The notes: a model not told the origin generated them from the sequence alone. 64,000 bases of DNA from Candidatus Latescibacterota bacterium (GCA_965243025.1 CBDETY010000003.1:2368001-2432000); one strand, 5' to 3'; shown: positions 1 through 10,261, counted from the first letter of the stretch. Translations and numbers: made by a program.

Positions 1-358
1 GGATCAGGGCGGGGTCGTAGAGCCGGTTCCAGACGATGGCCGAGGCCCCTGTCTCCCGCGCCAGCGCCCCTATCTCATCGCCGGCGGGACCGCGGCGGAG
101 GATCAGGCGGCTGCCCAGACCCTCCAGCGCTCTGGCGAGAGCGCCGAGGCTGCCGTGCAGCCACCACCGGGAAGCGCCGCCGATCGGACGGCTCCCGGGG
201 TCGTCGTCCAGGACGAAAACCGGAACTACCGGCCGGCCGCTTCGGGCTGCCCGGGACAGGGCCTGGTTGTCCTCCAGGCGCAGGTCGCTGCGGAACCAGA
301 CGAGGACCGGGGAATGGCCGCTGCTGCCGGAAGGGCGTCCGGTGCTGCCTACGGCCAC
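1..358 (-). CDS. phrB: Deoxyribodipyrimidine photolyase, N-terminal part (runs off window edge)
   Basis: Manual minus-strand translation (not in ORF track): VLVWFRSDLRLEDNQAL...PVVPVFVLD...GGASRWWLHGSL...LILRRG...IVWNRLYDP, the classic photolyase N-terminus. GTG start at 358 is tentative. Confidence 0.88.
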   Translation of the reverse strand, partial: MAVGSTGRPSGSSGHSPVLVWFRSDLRLEDNQALSRAARSGRPVVPVFVLDDDPGSRPIGGASRWWLHGSLGALARALEGLGSRLILRRGPAGDEIGALARETGASAIVWNRLYDPALI

Positions 359-450
359 TTCCCGCCTTCGTGGAAATCAACCTGCATCGTCGATGCCCCC
401 TGGGGTGTCCCGGCTCAAAGATGGTTCCCACGGTGGGGCTCAGGAGCCCC

Positions 451-819
451 TCACTCCGATGGTGAAGCTGTCTGCTTGGAGGATGGAGCGGTTCCCCGGG
501 CAAGTATCCGGGCAACCAGGGCGTTCATGCTGATACCTGCCTGCCCTGCCTGCATCGCCAGCCGCCGATGCAGGATCTTGTCGATCCGCACGTTGAACTG
601 GCCGCTGTACTCCTTTCGGGCCGGTGCGACCGGCACCGGCTCGCCGTGCTCCCGGTAGCTTTCCTTGGCCGCTTCCCAGGCGGCGGCCAACTCCGCCAGG
701 GCTTCGGCCGGGGTACCGGCAAAGGCCGAAACAGAGGGCATTTCCACCAGGTGTCCCAGCCAATCGCCGTCTTCATCCTGAAAGAGATTGACCGAGAACC
801 CGTCGAAATCATCCTGCAT
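451..819 (-). CDS. hicB: HicB family antitoxin
   Basis: SAFAGTPAEALAEL core and C-terminal ribbon-helix-helix YSGQFNVRIDKILHRRLA; GAGGA upstream of ATG 819; overlaps hicA stop. Confidence 0.88.
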   Translation of the reverse strand: MQDDFDGFSVNLFQDEDGDWLGHLVEMPSVSAFAGTPAEALAELAAAWEAAKESYREHGEPVPVAPARKEYSGQFNVRIDKILHRRLAMQAGQAGISMNALVARILARGTAPSSKQTASPSE

Positions 820-1054
820 CGTCTGATTCCTCCGCATAGTGCCGCAAGAATCGCTCTACCTGGTACCCTTTGGCCCTGTTTCCCCTGGCCTGTACCGCCA
901 AGCGCATGCCCTGGGGGGAATACCAGATTCGGTGCGAGCCCCGTTGCCGGTCAAAGGTCCATCCGCACTGCGTGAGCAACGTTTCGAATTCGTTGAAGCG
1001 CAATGAGTTGGAGTTGCGGATCGCCTTTTCGAGCAACTTGCTCTGTCGGACCAT
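809..1054 (-). CDS. hicA: HicA family toxin (mRNA interferase)
   Basis: 81 aa, GWTFDRQRGSHRIWY (GSH motif), AKGYQV; directly upstream of hicB. Confidence 0.88.
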   Translation of the reverse strand: MVRQSKLLEKAIRNSNSLRFNEFETLLTQCGWTFDRQRGSHRIWYSPQGMRLAVQARGNRAKGYQVERFLRHYAEESDDAG

Positions 1055-1075
1055 TGCAACTAAATGCAGTTACAA
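1054..1075. promoter_or_regulatory. Near-perfect palindrome at hicA start, probable HicB operator
   Basis: TTGCAACT-AAATGC-AGTTACAA (one mismatch) abutting the hicA ATG. Confidence 0.5.
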
Positions 1076-1121
1076 GAGCGTCGCAAGGAGGCAGGATGAT
1101 GGATGCACATCCAGAGGCCGG

Positions 1122-3749
1122 CTACTTTAGCAGGAGCATCCCCATGGAGCGGCGACCCTCGGGCGTGCTCAGGAGAGCCTGGTAGCGGCCGCTGGCCAGG
1201 GGCCGGCCCTTCTGGTCGGTGCCGTCCCAGGCGATCCGGTATGCTCCCGGTGTCCGGTGGCCTTCGTCCACGACCCTGACGAGCTGGCCCAGGCTGTTGT
1301 AGATACCGAGACGAACCGGCCCGGCCGCGGTCAGATGAAAGGGAATGAGGGTGCGGGTGTTGAACGGGTTGGGATGGTTGGGCTCCAGGGCCAGCCGCTG
1401 CGGACTGCGCGGCCCGGGTTCGACCGCGGTGGGCCATGCCTCCCCGGGGGCGAGAACCGGCTGGTCGGCGAGGTGGACGGCGGTCAGACGGGCTTCCCCG
1501 GGGCGGGCCCCGGGATCGGGGTACAGGCGCAGCAATTCCCCCTCCCCGAAGGCCGGACGCGGCCCGGCGAACGCGATCCGGGTGGCCCCGTCCTTGTGCC
1601 GGAAGTCCAGCAGGAAATTCTCCAGGCCGGAATCCAGCTCGACCCGGCCGCGGACCCCTTCGACCGCCATGCTGCCGGAAGGGGCCGCGGAGCGTTCGTC
1701 GATCCAGACCGCCAGGTGGTCGCCGCGGACCATCAGGGCCAGCAGAGGCGCCGGGTGCCCCGCCTTGGATGCCGCCACGATCCGGGGGTGGTTGTCCGCC
1801 CCGTCCTCCTGCACCGGGAAGCGGCGGATCAGGCCCACCCGGTGCTGCAGGATGAGGGAGGCGTCCAGAGGGGTGATTCTGCCTGAGGCGGCGTCGAAGG
1901 CCTGGGCGTCGACGTTGGTCGACAGAGAATCGAGCCCTGTCAGGAAGGGCTCCAGCACGTGGGAAAGCACCCGGGCCGCGTCGAAGGTCTGCAACCGTTT
2001 GTTGCCGTCGGCGTCGCCGAAGAGACCGACGATGTTCGTCGCCGCGGTCCGCACTTCCGGGGTGCCCGTCTGCGTCAGGGCGTCCGTGTAACTCACCTCG
2101 ACCCGGTCCCCCCGGGCCACCGCAAGGGCACTCCCCGATCCTGTCAGGTTGACCGGCAAGCGGCCGGCGAACTGGCTGTCGTCCGCCCCGGCCTCCCGCA
2201 GGGTTGCCGCAACGGGAAGGCCCGCGGCGTTGCGCCGGGCATGCACGGCCACCTGCTCGCGCACCAGGGGATCGAGGTTGAGGTCCGGGTCGGTCACCAG
2301 GATGCGCAGCGAGTCCCCCGGCTGGGCCGCGGCCGTGACCGCCAGCCTGCCGTCCTCTCCCCCCAGGGAGACCGAATCGCACCGCACCTCCGCCTTGCCT
2401 GCGGCGCTCAGACTGTCGTCGTAACAGGCCGTAACCCGAATCGCCGTCCCCACCTCGATGCTGTCGTTTGCGGCCGACGGAAGGCCCCGGAAGGTGCGGA
2501 AGGTCCCCTGGAACAGGCCGGTGGCGTCGTCGACCTCAGCGAGCAGCACCTTTTCGCTGTCGCTTCCGCTCTTCACGGTCACGGCCAGCGTGTCGGGCTT
2601 GAGGGAGTCGCGGTTTTCGTCGGGGTCCCGCGTCTTCAGGGTCAGCCCCGTGCCCGGAAACAGCAGCGCGGGCAAGGCATCCAGGGTGCCGGTGGTGCCC
2701 GTCCACCGCAGCCGGCCGTCCACCTTGGTGACGCCAAAAGCGCCGTCGTTGAGGAGGGCGTGGGTCAGGTAGAGCGGGGCCGTGGTGACCTTGCGGCGCC
2801 CCGCGGTGTCGAAGGAGAGATCGACCAGGGCGCCGTCCCCGGCCAGGGCCGGCCCGTTGGAGGCCAGGACGATCTTTAGCGTGTTGAAGTTGGTTCCCAC
2901 CGAGGTATTCTCCTCCAGGACCCAGGCCCTGGTCAGTTCCGCCAGGGTCACCGCGGCCGGAGCCGCCCTCAGCAGGTCGGGATCGTAGGCCACGAACAAC
3001 TCGACCGCGACAATTTCCCGGCCGGCGATCCCGGTCAGTCGAACCGGCAGATCGATGCGGGTTCCGTAGAATGCCGTCGTATCGGGCAGGATCAGGCTCG
3101 GACCCGAAGTTGCGGTGCTGGTGTCAGGCGTCGAGGGCTGGCTGGCTGCCGGCGGTGGGGCCCCACCGGTCCCGGGGGTGGGGCTGTCCCGGGCGGAGAA
3201 GTCGGCCAGGTTGTCACCGGTATCCGACCCGTCCGCGGCCCTGGAGAGACTCTGACCGGCCGTGACCTGCGGGGCGGGATTCCCCTCGCCGGCGTTGTGC
3301 TGCCCGGCATCCCCGTACTGAAGGGCGTCGACGATCCGGTCCTCGGGGTCGCGCAGCTGGACCGCGTCCGGACCGTTCTGCCAGTCGACGTTGGCGGTGA
3401 AGTCCCGGTGGGTAAGGGCGTCCCCGGTGGCGTTTTCATGGGCAACTACCAGCAGGCTGTCCGCGGGAATGGTCGCCCCGTCGAGAGAGATGGTTCGGTA
3501 CGCCTGCCCGTTGCTGCCGTTGACCCCCACCAGGCTCCAGCCGTCCATGACCTTGCCGGCCGGGCCGGAAATTTCGGTGAAGGCCTCTTCGGAATCGGTG
3601 CCGGACCCGTCGTAGAGCACCTCCTGAATGAGGACCGGGGTGTCGGTCTGAGCGGCAGCCGGGTGAACCGCGGAAAAGGCCAGGATCAGCAGGCCGCTCG
3701 CGAGACCGGGGGGTTGGAGGAATGGGGATGCAGCAGTGCGCTGTGTCAT
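1122..3749 (-). CDS. Secreted multidomain protein: lamin-tail domain, cohesin-like, dockerin-like, C-terminal FlgD-Ig/CTD-like domain
   Basis: Signal peptide (AAAQ), VLIQEVLYD..E..E..G (LTD), cohesin-like beta segment, FGDADGNKRLQTFDA (dockerin-like), LEPNHPNPFNTRT...WDGTD...ASGRY...LLLK tail. Confidence 0.75.
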   Translation of the reverse strand: MTQRTAASPFLQPPGLASGLLILAFSAVHPAAAQTDTPVLIQEVLYDGSGTDSEEAFTEISGPAGKVMDGWSLVGVNGSNGQAYRTISLDGATIPADSLLVVAHENATGDALTHRDFTANVDWQNGPDAVQLRDPEDRIVDALQYGDAGQHNAGEGNPAPQVTAGQSLSRAADGSDTGDNLADFSARDSPTPGTGGAPPPAASQPSTPDTSTATSGPSLILPDTTAFYGTRIDLPVRLTGIAGREIVAVELFVAYDPDLLRAAPAAVTLAELTRAWVLEENTSVGTNFNTLKIVLASNGPALAGDGALVDLSFDTAGRRKVTTAPLYLTHALLNDGAFGVTKVDGRLRWTGTTGTLDALPALLFPGTGLTLKTRDPDENRDSLKPDTLAVTVKSGSDSEKVLLAEVDDATGLFQGTFRTFRGLPSAANDSIEVGTAIRVTACYDDSLSAAGKAEVRCDSVSLGGEDGRLAVTAAAQPGDSLRILVTDPDLNLDPLVREQVAVHARRNAAGLPVAATLREAGADDSQFAGRLPVNLTGSGSALAVARGDRVEVSYTDALTQTGTPEVRTAATNIVGLFGDADGNKRLQTFDAARVLSHVLEPFLTGLDSLSTNVDAQAFDAASGRITPLDASLILQHRVGLIRRFPVQEDGADNHPRIVAASKAGHPAPLLALMVRGDHLAVWIDERSAAPSGSMAVEGVRGRVELDSGLENFLLDFRHKDGATRIAFAGPRPAFGEGELLRLYPDPGARPGEARLTAVHLADQPVLAPGEAWPTAVEPGPRSPQRLALEPNHPNPFNTRTLIPFHLTAAGPVRLGIYNSLGQLVRVVDEGHRTPGAYRIAWDGTDQKGRPLASGRYQALLSTPEGRRSMGMLLLK

Positions 3750-3813
3750 GGCCGTACCGCCCTGGATGCAAGATGAGCTGGAAGCGAGGGATTTGATTTT
3801 CCGCCTGCTCTTC

Positions 3814-3829
3814 TGCACGCACCGTGCCA
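3814..3829 (-). promoter_or_regulatory. Putative sigma-54 (-24/-12) promoter
   Basis: Minus strand TGGCACGGTGCGTGCA = GG-N10-GC with perfect TGGCAC, about 65 bp upstream of ATG 3749. Confidence 0.5.
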
Positions 3830-4189
3830 GCGCCGCGGGGGGCTGCCCGGACGGGTCATCCGGTTGCGGGGCAGGGCATTAGGACCGAGCCCCCCGGAGG
3901 TCCGCCGCGGACGGGGTGTTACCTGTCGGGGGCACCCGGTGGGGCGGTACGGATACAGCTTGGTGTCGCGGGGGTGAGACACCGGTATTCCATCTCAGGG
4001 TCTTCGGTGCCGGCCGGTGAGTATCCAGATCATTTTCCGCCCGGGAAGAGGGGCCAGGTAGCAGAAAATCTCGGATTTCCCTTTCAGGGATTGGGTGATC
4101 CGGTTCACGATGCTTGCTGATGGCTGGCTTCCTCGGCTATTTCCCAAAGGAAACCGCCATGCAATAACTCCTGGGAGAGACGGCGACTC

Positions 4190-5014
4190 GTGATCATCCC
4201 CCTCATCGAAACAATCAGGAATCTTCACAACCCGCGTAGGCGGCCGGACTCACCCGGGGAAATCCAGGCCCGGCGGCTGAGCGGGACCTTCGCGGCAGTC
4301 CTCGCCGCCTGTTTGACGGGGGCATCCTGTACCCACACGCAGGAGGCGGCAGAGGTTGAATTCAGCTTCTCTTTCGAAGGCGACGCCGAGGAGTGGACCG
4401 CCGGGTTCGCGGACTTGCCCGCCGGCTTCGACCCGTCGATCTACGAGCTCGACTCCGGGAACCGCCGGCTTCCCGACGGCCTCGAAGGCAACGGCCTCTA
4501 CATCCGGGGGCACAACCGCAGCGACGACCTCTTCATGTTCTTCAAGAAGCAGGTCGGCGGACTGAAGGCGGATGCGGAATACACCGCCGTCCTTTCCCTC
4601 GATCTGGCGACCAACGTCCAGGAAGGTCTGGTCGGCATCGGCGGTTCTCCCGGCGAGAGCGTGTTCGTGAAAGCGGGAGCGTCCGCCGTCGAGCCCCTGG
4701 CGCCGGAGGACGACAGCGGGTACTTCAGGATGAACATCGACAAGGGCAACCAGTCCAGGGGGGGCCGGTCGATGGCGGTTCTGGGGCACGCCGCCCATCC
4801 GGAGGTGACCGGGGAGGAGTACCGCATCAAACGCCTCGACAACACCGGCAGCCCGGTGCCGGTCGCCGCGGACGGAGCGGGAAAGCTGTGGCTGATCGTC
4901 GGCACCGACTCCGGGTTCGAGGGACTGAGCGCCTTCTACTACGCCCGCATCGCCTGCACGCTCACCCCGGAGGGAACCCCGGGCTCGGGGGGTTCCCCCC
5001 TCGGGGTCGACTAA
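4190..5014 (+). CDS. Hypothetical exported protein / probable lipoprotein
   Basis: GTG with GGAGA upstream, hydrophobic stretch with Cys (AACLTGASC), good codon bias, globular body (GHNRSDDLFMF, IDKGNQ, GTDSGFEG). Confidence 0.65.
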   Translation: MIIPLIETIRNLHNPRRRPDSPGEIQARRLSGTFAAVLAACLTGASCTHTQEAAEVEFSFSFEGDAEEWTAGFADLPAGFDPSIYELDSGNRRLPDGLEGNGLYIRGHNRSDDLFMFFKKQVGGLKADAEYTAVLSLDLATNVQEGLVGIGGSPGESVFVKAGASAVEPLAPEDDSGYFRMNIDKGNQSRGGRSMAVLGHAAHPEVTGEEYRIKRLDNTGSPVPVAADGAGKLWLIVGTDSGFEGLSAFYYARIACTLTPEGTPGSGGSPLGVD

Positions 5015-5168
5015 AGTCCAGACAGGTCGAGGTCAGGACCAGGGCGTCTCAAACAAGCCGCCGGCCAGGTGCGGTTGCCGAAGGCCCGCCGGAATCGGCA
5101 AACCCGGTTTCGATCTTCCTCGACACCCCCCTGTCCGGCCCCTGCCGTGGCCGAGAGGCGCTTCAGCC

Positions 5169-8100
5169 TTACGGGCTCCGGGCTTCCTCGGAAAAGGCAC
5201 AGATCCCGTTGGCCAGCCGCATCTGCCGCACCGAGCGGCACTCCGGCTCGAACAGCTTCGGGGTCGCCACCAGGATGCAGACGCAGCGGGCGCGGCTCGT
5301 GGCGACGTTGAGCCGGTTGAGGCTGTACAGGAACTCCATGCCGCGCGGGGCATCCTCCGGGCTCGAGGTGGTCATGCTGTAGACGACGGCGGCAGCCTCT
5401 TGGCCCTGGAACCTGTCGACGGTGCCGACCTCCACCCCGGGGAGCCTCGCCCGCAATTCCGCCACCTGGGCGTTGTAGGGAGCCACCACGAGGATGTCCT
5501 CAAGCCGTTTCACCTTGCCGTCGGTATCCCTCCAGGTCACCCCCTCCCGCGTAAGGTCCGCCACCACCTCGGCGACCCGCTCCACCTCCTCCGGGCTGGT
5601 GCCCTGGTTCCCCTCGTGTTCCACCTCCTCCACCCACAGGCCTGCCCCGCGGTACTTCGTCGGCCCCTCGACGGCCTGCCGCTCCATCCCTTCCCGGGAA
5701 CTCAGCTGCCCCTCGTAGAACTGCCGCGAGGTGAAGCCGCAGACCGCCGGGTGCAGGCGCCAGGTCTGCTCGAGGAACAGGCCCTTCTCCTGCGGCATGA
5801 CGCTGCCCTCGCCGATCACGTGCTGCAGCGCCGACACGTCGGTCCCTTCCGGGTGGCTCCCCTTCTGCGGCTGCTCGAGCTGCTGCGGGTCGCCGAGCAG
5901 CACCAGGCTGCGCGCGCACGGGCTCATGGCCAGCGCGTTGGCGAGGCTCATCTGTCCCGCTTCGTCGACGAACAGCACGTCCACCGATCCGGCGTACTCC
6001 TCGCGCGACCACAGCCAGGCGGTGCCCCCCACGACGGTCGCCTCGCCCGCTTCCAGGGCGGCTAGCGGCCTCTGGTTGCTTGTGGTCTCCTCGATTCCCT
6101 CAGGGGGTTTGTCCGAGGGAACCGTCACCTTGTGGAGGCAGGCCAGCTCCGCCTTTTCCTCCGCGGCGGCTTTGAGGGCGCTTTCCAGCAGGTTGACGAT
6201 CACCTTGTGGCTCACCGCGGAGACGCCCACCCGCTTTCCCCGCTTCACCAAGTCGACAATCATGCGGGCCCCGGTGAAGGTCTTGCCGCTTCCCGGCGGA
6301 CCCTGGACCGGCAGCGTCCCGCCGTCGAGCACCCCAGTGAGGCGGCGCGCGGCATCGACCGCTGATTCACCTCCACTGCGGAGCGGACCCGGGCGCGTCC
6401 GCCGCGGACCGAGGCGCAGCAGCAGGTCGCGGCCGGCCCGGGCGCAGGTTTCCGCGCCTCCGGCGTCAACTCCGTTTCCGGCCACCCATTCGCCGAGGCG
6501 CATCAGGCTTTCGCGCAGTTTATCCGCGCGAATTTCGTCCCACTCGTACACCGACCTCGGCCGCGCCTCCTTTTTATTACCCGACTGCTTGATATCCACC
6601 GTCCGGACGATGAGGTCGATGCCGACGACCTCTCCCAGTCTTTCGCCATCCGCATCGAACAGCTTTGCCCCTTCTCCGATCTCGACGATCTGCTCCGGAT
6701 AGGAGTACCGGTGGCGGGGGTTCCTCTCCTTTCCCATCTTCGGGAGCTGCTCCTTCCATTCGAGCCCGGCTACCCCCGCCTTCTCGTCCAACAGCTCGTC
6801 CTCGGGCAGGTCGCGAAGCCTGAAAAACTCCCACCAGGCGGTCTTCTCCTCGCGCCAGTGCCAGTCGAGCAGGTAGGCGAGCAGCCAGCGGCCCTGTTCG
6901 TCCCTGTTGCGCTCCTCCGGCAACGGCGACACCCCCTCCGTAAGGCGGCCGCGCAGGTCCTCCAGCTCCTGCTGCCGCTCGCTCAGCGCCCCCCCGGGCT
7001 CCCCCTCCTGCGGCAAAGGCCGCGGCACCTCCACCCCTGCCGCGACCTGGCCGTCGCGCAGCTCCTCCAGCCACTGCCGCAGCCGCCACGTCGACACGCA
7101 GTCGTCCTCGTTGTACCGGCGCACGATCTCGCGGATCTCCTCCGGGGCCGCCTGCCCCTGTCCGGTCTCCAGCAGGGCCTCCAGCCGGCGCTTCGGGCGG
7201 CTCACCTCGGGGAGGGCGATGCGGCGCTCGTACCCGAAGAACCGCTCCAGCTCCTTGATCGAGTAGCTCTCGACGCCGGCGCGCACCGCCTGCCGCGTCA
7301 CCCGGTACAGGTCGACGAACGCCTCGGCGCGCAGCAGCTCGTCCACCTCCTGCTCGCGCGTTGCGTAGCGGCCCATCAGCCGCTTGAGGGCCGCCGGCTC
7401 GTACGGGGCGTAGTGGTAGACGTGCATCCCCGGATGCTTTTCGCGCCGCTCCATCACCATGTCGATGAAGCGCTCGAAGGCCACCTGTTCCGATTGCCCG
7501 TCGTGGGCCCAGTCGTGGCCGTAGGCCGGCTCTCCAGGGCTCCCGTCCGGCACCGCCGCCCACCCGAACAGGTACTCCAGGCCGGCCTCCCCGACGAACG
7601 GATCTCCCTCCAGGTCGAAGAACAGGTCCCCGGCATCCGGCTCGGGCAGGCGCGCCAAGCCGCTGTCCTCGCTGACCGGGAGGGTCTCGAAGTACGGCTC
7701 CGGGCTGGTGCGGTCCTTCAGCTGCACGTGCGCCTGGTGTTGGGAATGGTCCAGACTCTCGCGGCTGCCCCGCCCCGGTTTCAGGCCGGGCTCGAGAGGC
7801 TCGCACCCGAACCGCTCGACAGTGCCGATCCCCCACCCGGTCAGCTCGCTCCTCTGCCCGCGCGTGATCCCGGCCACCAGGCTGAGGTGGTCGTCATCGT
7901 GCCGCTGCCTGTCGCAAAGTTTCCACCAGTCGCAGACGTTGCAGTGCTCGCACGGCTCGGGGTAGGTGTCGGCCCCGTTGCGGGCCGCCTCTTCGAGGCG
8001 CCTCTTCACCCGGCGGTAGCAGGCCTCGTAATGATCGACGCGGTACACCTCCGGCTCGAAGCCGGTGCCCGGGGTCACCACCTTGACCGCGTCCGGCCGC

Positions 8101-8570
8101 CGCCCCTGCAGCCTGCCCAGCATCTCCGCGTAAAGGCAGAGTTGCAGAATGGTTCCCGGTTTCGTGTGCGCCGACAGCTTGGTGTCCACCACCTCGTAGT
8201 GGTACTCCCCGAGGCCGCTTCTGCCCGGCACCCGCAGCAGCACGTCGGCGCGGCCGTTCCAGCAGCCGTCCTCAAGCCAGGCCTGCGAGATGGCGCCGGC
8301 ACCCTCGGCCAGGGCCCGGCGCGTCGCTTCGAGATCCTTGTTTCCCGGCAACTCCTGCACTTGCATGCCCTGGTTTTTGAGATGATCCAGGTAGGACCGC
8401 TCGTGCTCCATCCCCTTCTGCCGCAGCACATCGACCCCCGGGTCGTACCAGCGGGGTTTCCGTAGCTCACCCTTTGCCCCGCGCACCTCGAGCTGGATCA
8501 GGTGACGGCAGGCGAGCTGCTTGGCGAGGTCTGTGGCGGACAGCCTGAGACCGGAGTCTGAAAAATGCAT
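5169..8570 (-). CDS. TM0106 family RecB-like nuclease fused to SF1 (DNA2/NAM7-like) helicase
   Basis: LSATDL, GRADVL..VDTKL (PD-(D/E)xK), CEHCNVCDW, FFDLEGDP (RNase H-like), QGPPGSGKT, VDEAGQ, GTVDRFQGQE, NRLNVATSRA. Confidence 0.9.
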   Translation of the reverse strand: MHFSDSGLRLSATDLAKQLACRHLIQLEVRGAKGELRKPRWYDPGVDVLRQKGMEHERSYLDHLKNQGMQVQELPGNKDLEATRRALAEGAGAISQAWLEDGCWNGRADVLLRVPGRSGLGEYHYEVVDTKLSAHTKPGTILQLCLYAEMLGRLQGRRPDAVKVVTPGTGFEPEVYRVDHYEACYRRVKRRLEEAARNGADTYPEPCEHCNVCDWWKLCDRQRHDDDHLSLVAGITRGQRSELTGWGIGTVERFGCEPLEPGLKPGRGSRESLDHSQHQAHVQLKDRTSPEPYFETLPVSEDSGLARLPEPDAGDLFFDLEGDPFVGEAGLEYLFGWAAVPDGSPGEPAYGHDWAHDGQSEQVAFERFIDMVMERREKHPGMHVYHYAPYEPAALKRLMGRYATREQEVDELLRAEAFVDLYRVTRQAVRAGVESYSIKELERFFGYERRIALPEVSRPKRRLEALLETGQGQAAPEEIREIVRRYNEDDCVSTWRLRQWLEELRDGQVAAGVEVPRPLPQEGEPGGALSERQQELEDLRGRLTEGVSPLPEERNRDEQGRWLLAYLLDWHWREEKTAWWEFFRLRDLPEDELLDEKAGVAGLEWKEQLPKMGKERNPRHRYSYPEQIVEIGEGAKLFDADGERLGEVVGIDLIVRTVDIKQSGNKKEARPRSVYEWDEIRADKLRESLMRLGEWVAGNGVDAGGAETCARAGRDLLLRLGPRRTRPGPLRSGGESAVDAARRLTGVLDGGTLPVQGPPGSGKTFTGARMIVDLVKRGKRVGVSAVSHKVIVNLLESALKAAAEEKAELACLHKVTVPSDKPPEGIEETTSNQRPLAALEAGEATVVGGTAWLWSREEYAGSVDVLFVDEAGQMSLANALAMSPCARSLVLLGDPQQLEQPQKGSHPEGTDVSALQHVIGEGSVMPQEKGLFLEQTWRLHPAVCGFTSRQFYEGQLSSREGMERQAVEGPTKYRGAGLWVEEVEHEGNQGTSPEEVERVAEVVADLTREGVTWRDTDGKVKRLEDILVVAPYNAQVAELRARLPGVEVGTVDRFQGQEAAAVVYSMTTSSPEDAPRGMEFLYSLNRLNVATSRARCVCILVATPKLFEPECRSVRQMRLANGICAFSEEARSP

Positions 8571-8630
8571 TCCGTGTTTGTTCCGGGTTGAGCAGCAGTG
8601 GAAGGTTCACTCCCGGCAACGCCGGAAGGG

Positions 8631-9445
8631 CTACGTTTGCGGCTTCCGGGGCGCGCCTACCCCTCCCGCTCCTCGGCGAACTGCCCCTCCCTTTCGAGCC
8701 GTTCCCATACGGCCGCAGGCCAGCACGTTGCCGATGCCGCCGCCGCCGAGCATGTAGAGGTCGGCCATGCCGAGAGTCGAGTCCATGGCGGTTCCGAGCT
8801 GGCCCCCGTGCCCCATGATCAAAGGGATGCGGGTGCGCTCCCGCAGGTTGCGCCAGCCGTGGACGTCCCAGCGCGCCAGCGGGTCCTCGACGAACCCGAC
8901 CACCGGGTGGTCCTCGAGTTGCCGCAGGATCGGCAGCACCGTGGCCACGGTGCGCGGCAGGCGGGTGTGGGGGGCGCCGCGGCCTCGGCACAGGCGGTAT
9001 GCTCCATCACGTCCCACAGCGGCGAGGTGTGCATCTTCAGGATGGTATACCCCCCGGCGGCCGCGTGCCGCACCTCGTCGGCGAGCTCCGTCGGGGAGCA
9101 GGGCCGCGTCCAGGCGGCCAGCGACACGGCGTCGCGCCGCTTCTTCCCCATCAGCTTGTAGGCGGGGACCTCGAGCCGTTTCCCCATCAGGTCGTACAGG
9201 GCCGCGGCCAGGCCGTGGTTGAGGTTGCTGCCGACGAAGTCGAACGGGTCGCGCCCGATTACCGGCTCGACCGCGGACCGGGGCGGCACCGGTCCCCGCG
9301 TCTCCCCGTAGCCGACGAGCCCCGAGTCGGTGGCGACGCGGTACACGGCGATTCTGGACAGCTGCCCGTAGAAGGCGAAGTTGCCGCGGTTGCGGGCCTG
9401 GTTCCGGGGGTGGATCTGGATGACGTCGACGTCGGGGATCTTCAT
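8631..9445 (-). pseudogene. Mandelate racemase/muconate lactonizing enzyme family, frameshifted and truncated
   Basis: Two overlapping ORFs (8819-9445, 8631-9017) are each colinear with the intact paralog at 11762-12988; frame change near 8960-8980; similarity is lost after GNVLACG. Confidence 0.8.
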
Positions 9446-9509
9446 GGCGTGCCCGGGGGCTCCGGCGGCAGCAACACGGGCAGGGCCCAGGAAGCCTGGA
9501 GGGGGAACG

Positions 9510-9704
9510 TCAGAAGGCTTTTTCGCCCCCGGACTCCTTCAGAATGTGATTGGCGGTGTGACGGGATTTTATTTGTCGGGGAACGGTAACGTGTCTTTTT
9601 GTCAGCGGGCTGTACCAGATCTCGTGACTGCCCTTTCCCTCCCGAACTTTATGGCATCCGATATCGGTGAGCAGTCTTCTGACCTGCCTTGAAAAATCTG
9701 CCAC
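9510..9704 (-). CDS. hicA: HicA family toxin
   Basis: 64 aa, VREGKGSHEIWYSP...VTVP...HTANHILKESG. Confidence 0.85.
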   Translation of the reverse strand: MADFSRQVRRLLTDIGCHKVREGKGSHEIWYSPLTKRHVTVPRQIKSRHTANHILKESGGEKAF

Positions 9705-9937
9705 TACACAAACTCAAGCACTGTTTCCCCGTGAATTTTGCAGAGAAGGGAGGCAGTCGTGTCGCCTGTAACGCCGTTCAGACGCAGCAACTCCGGCACC
9801 AGGCGGCGCGCTTCCTCGACAATGCCGTCGAGGGTTTCTGATTCAAGGACCAGGCCCGGGACGTCCTCACTGGTGGCAAACCATACTTTCGCTTCTGAAT
9901 CCCAGGTCGAACTGATAGTGATTTCCCCGACGGCCAT
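9704..9937 (-). CDS. DUF1902 / HicB-like antitoxin
   Basis: WDSEAKVWFATSEDVPGLVLESETLD...VPELL; AAGGAGGAG RBS before ATG 9937; stop overlaps toxin start. Confidence 0.82.
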   Translation of the reverse strand: MAVGEITISSTWDSEAKVWFATSEDVPGLVLESETLDGIVEEARRLVPELLRLNGVTGDTTASLLCKIHGETVLEFV

Positions 9938-10261
9938 ATCGCTCCTCCTTGATTCGAAACAGTACCGGAGGTGATGCCTTGGTGGCCAGGCCCCATGCGG
10001 ACCGGTCCGGCGCCGCCTCAGGCGGCGAAGATCACCTTGCAAAATCGTCCTGTCAACGCGATCTCCCGTCCAGATCAGCGAGCCGAACGGGCCGGGACTG
10101 GGCTCCATCCCGGCAGGCGGCCGGAGCATCGGCAAAAACCCGGAGGTTTGGCATTCGCACGTGTTAATCCTGCCCGCACTGCGCCCCTATATTGATCCTC
10201 CGGCAGCCGCCCGCCACCGCACCCCGAATCCTCCGCACCAAAAAAAAACCCACATCCGCCC

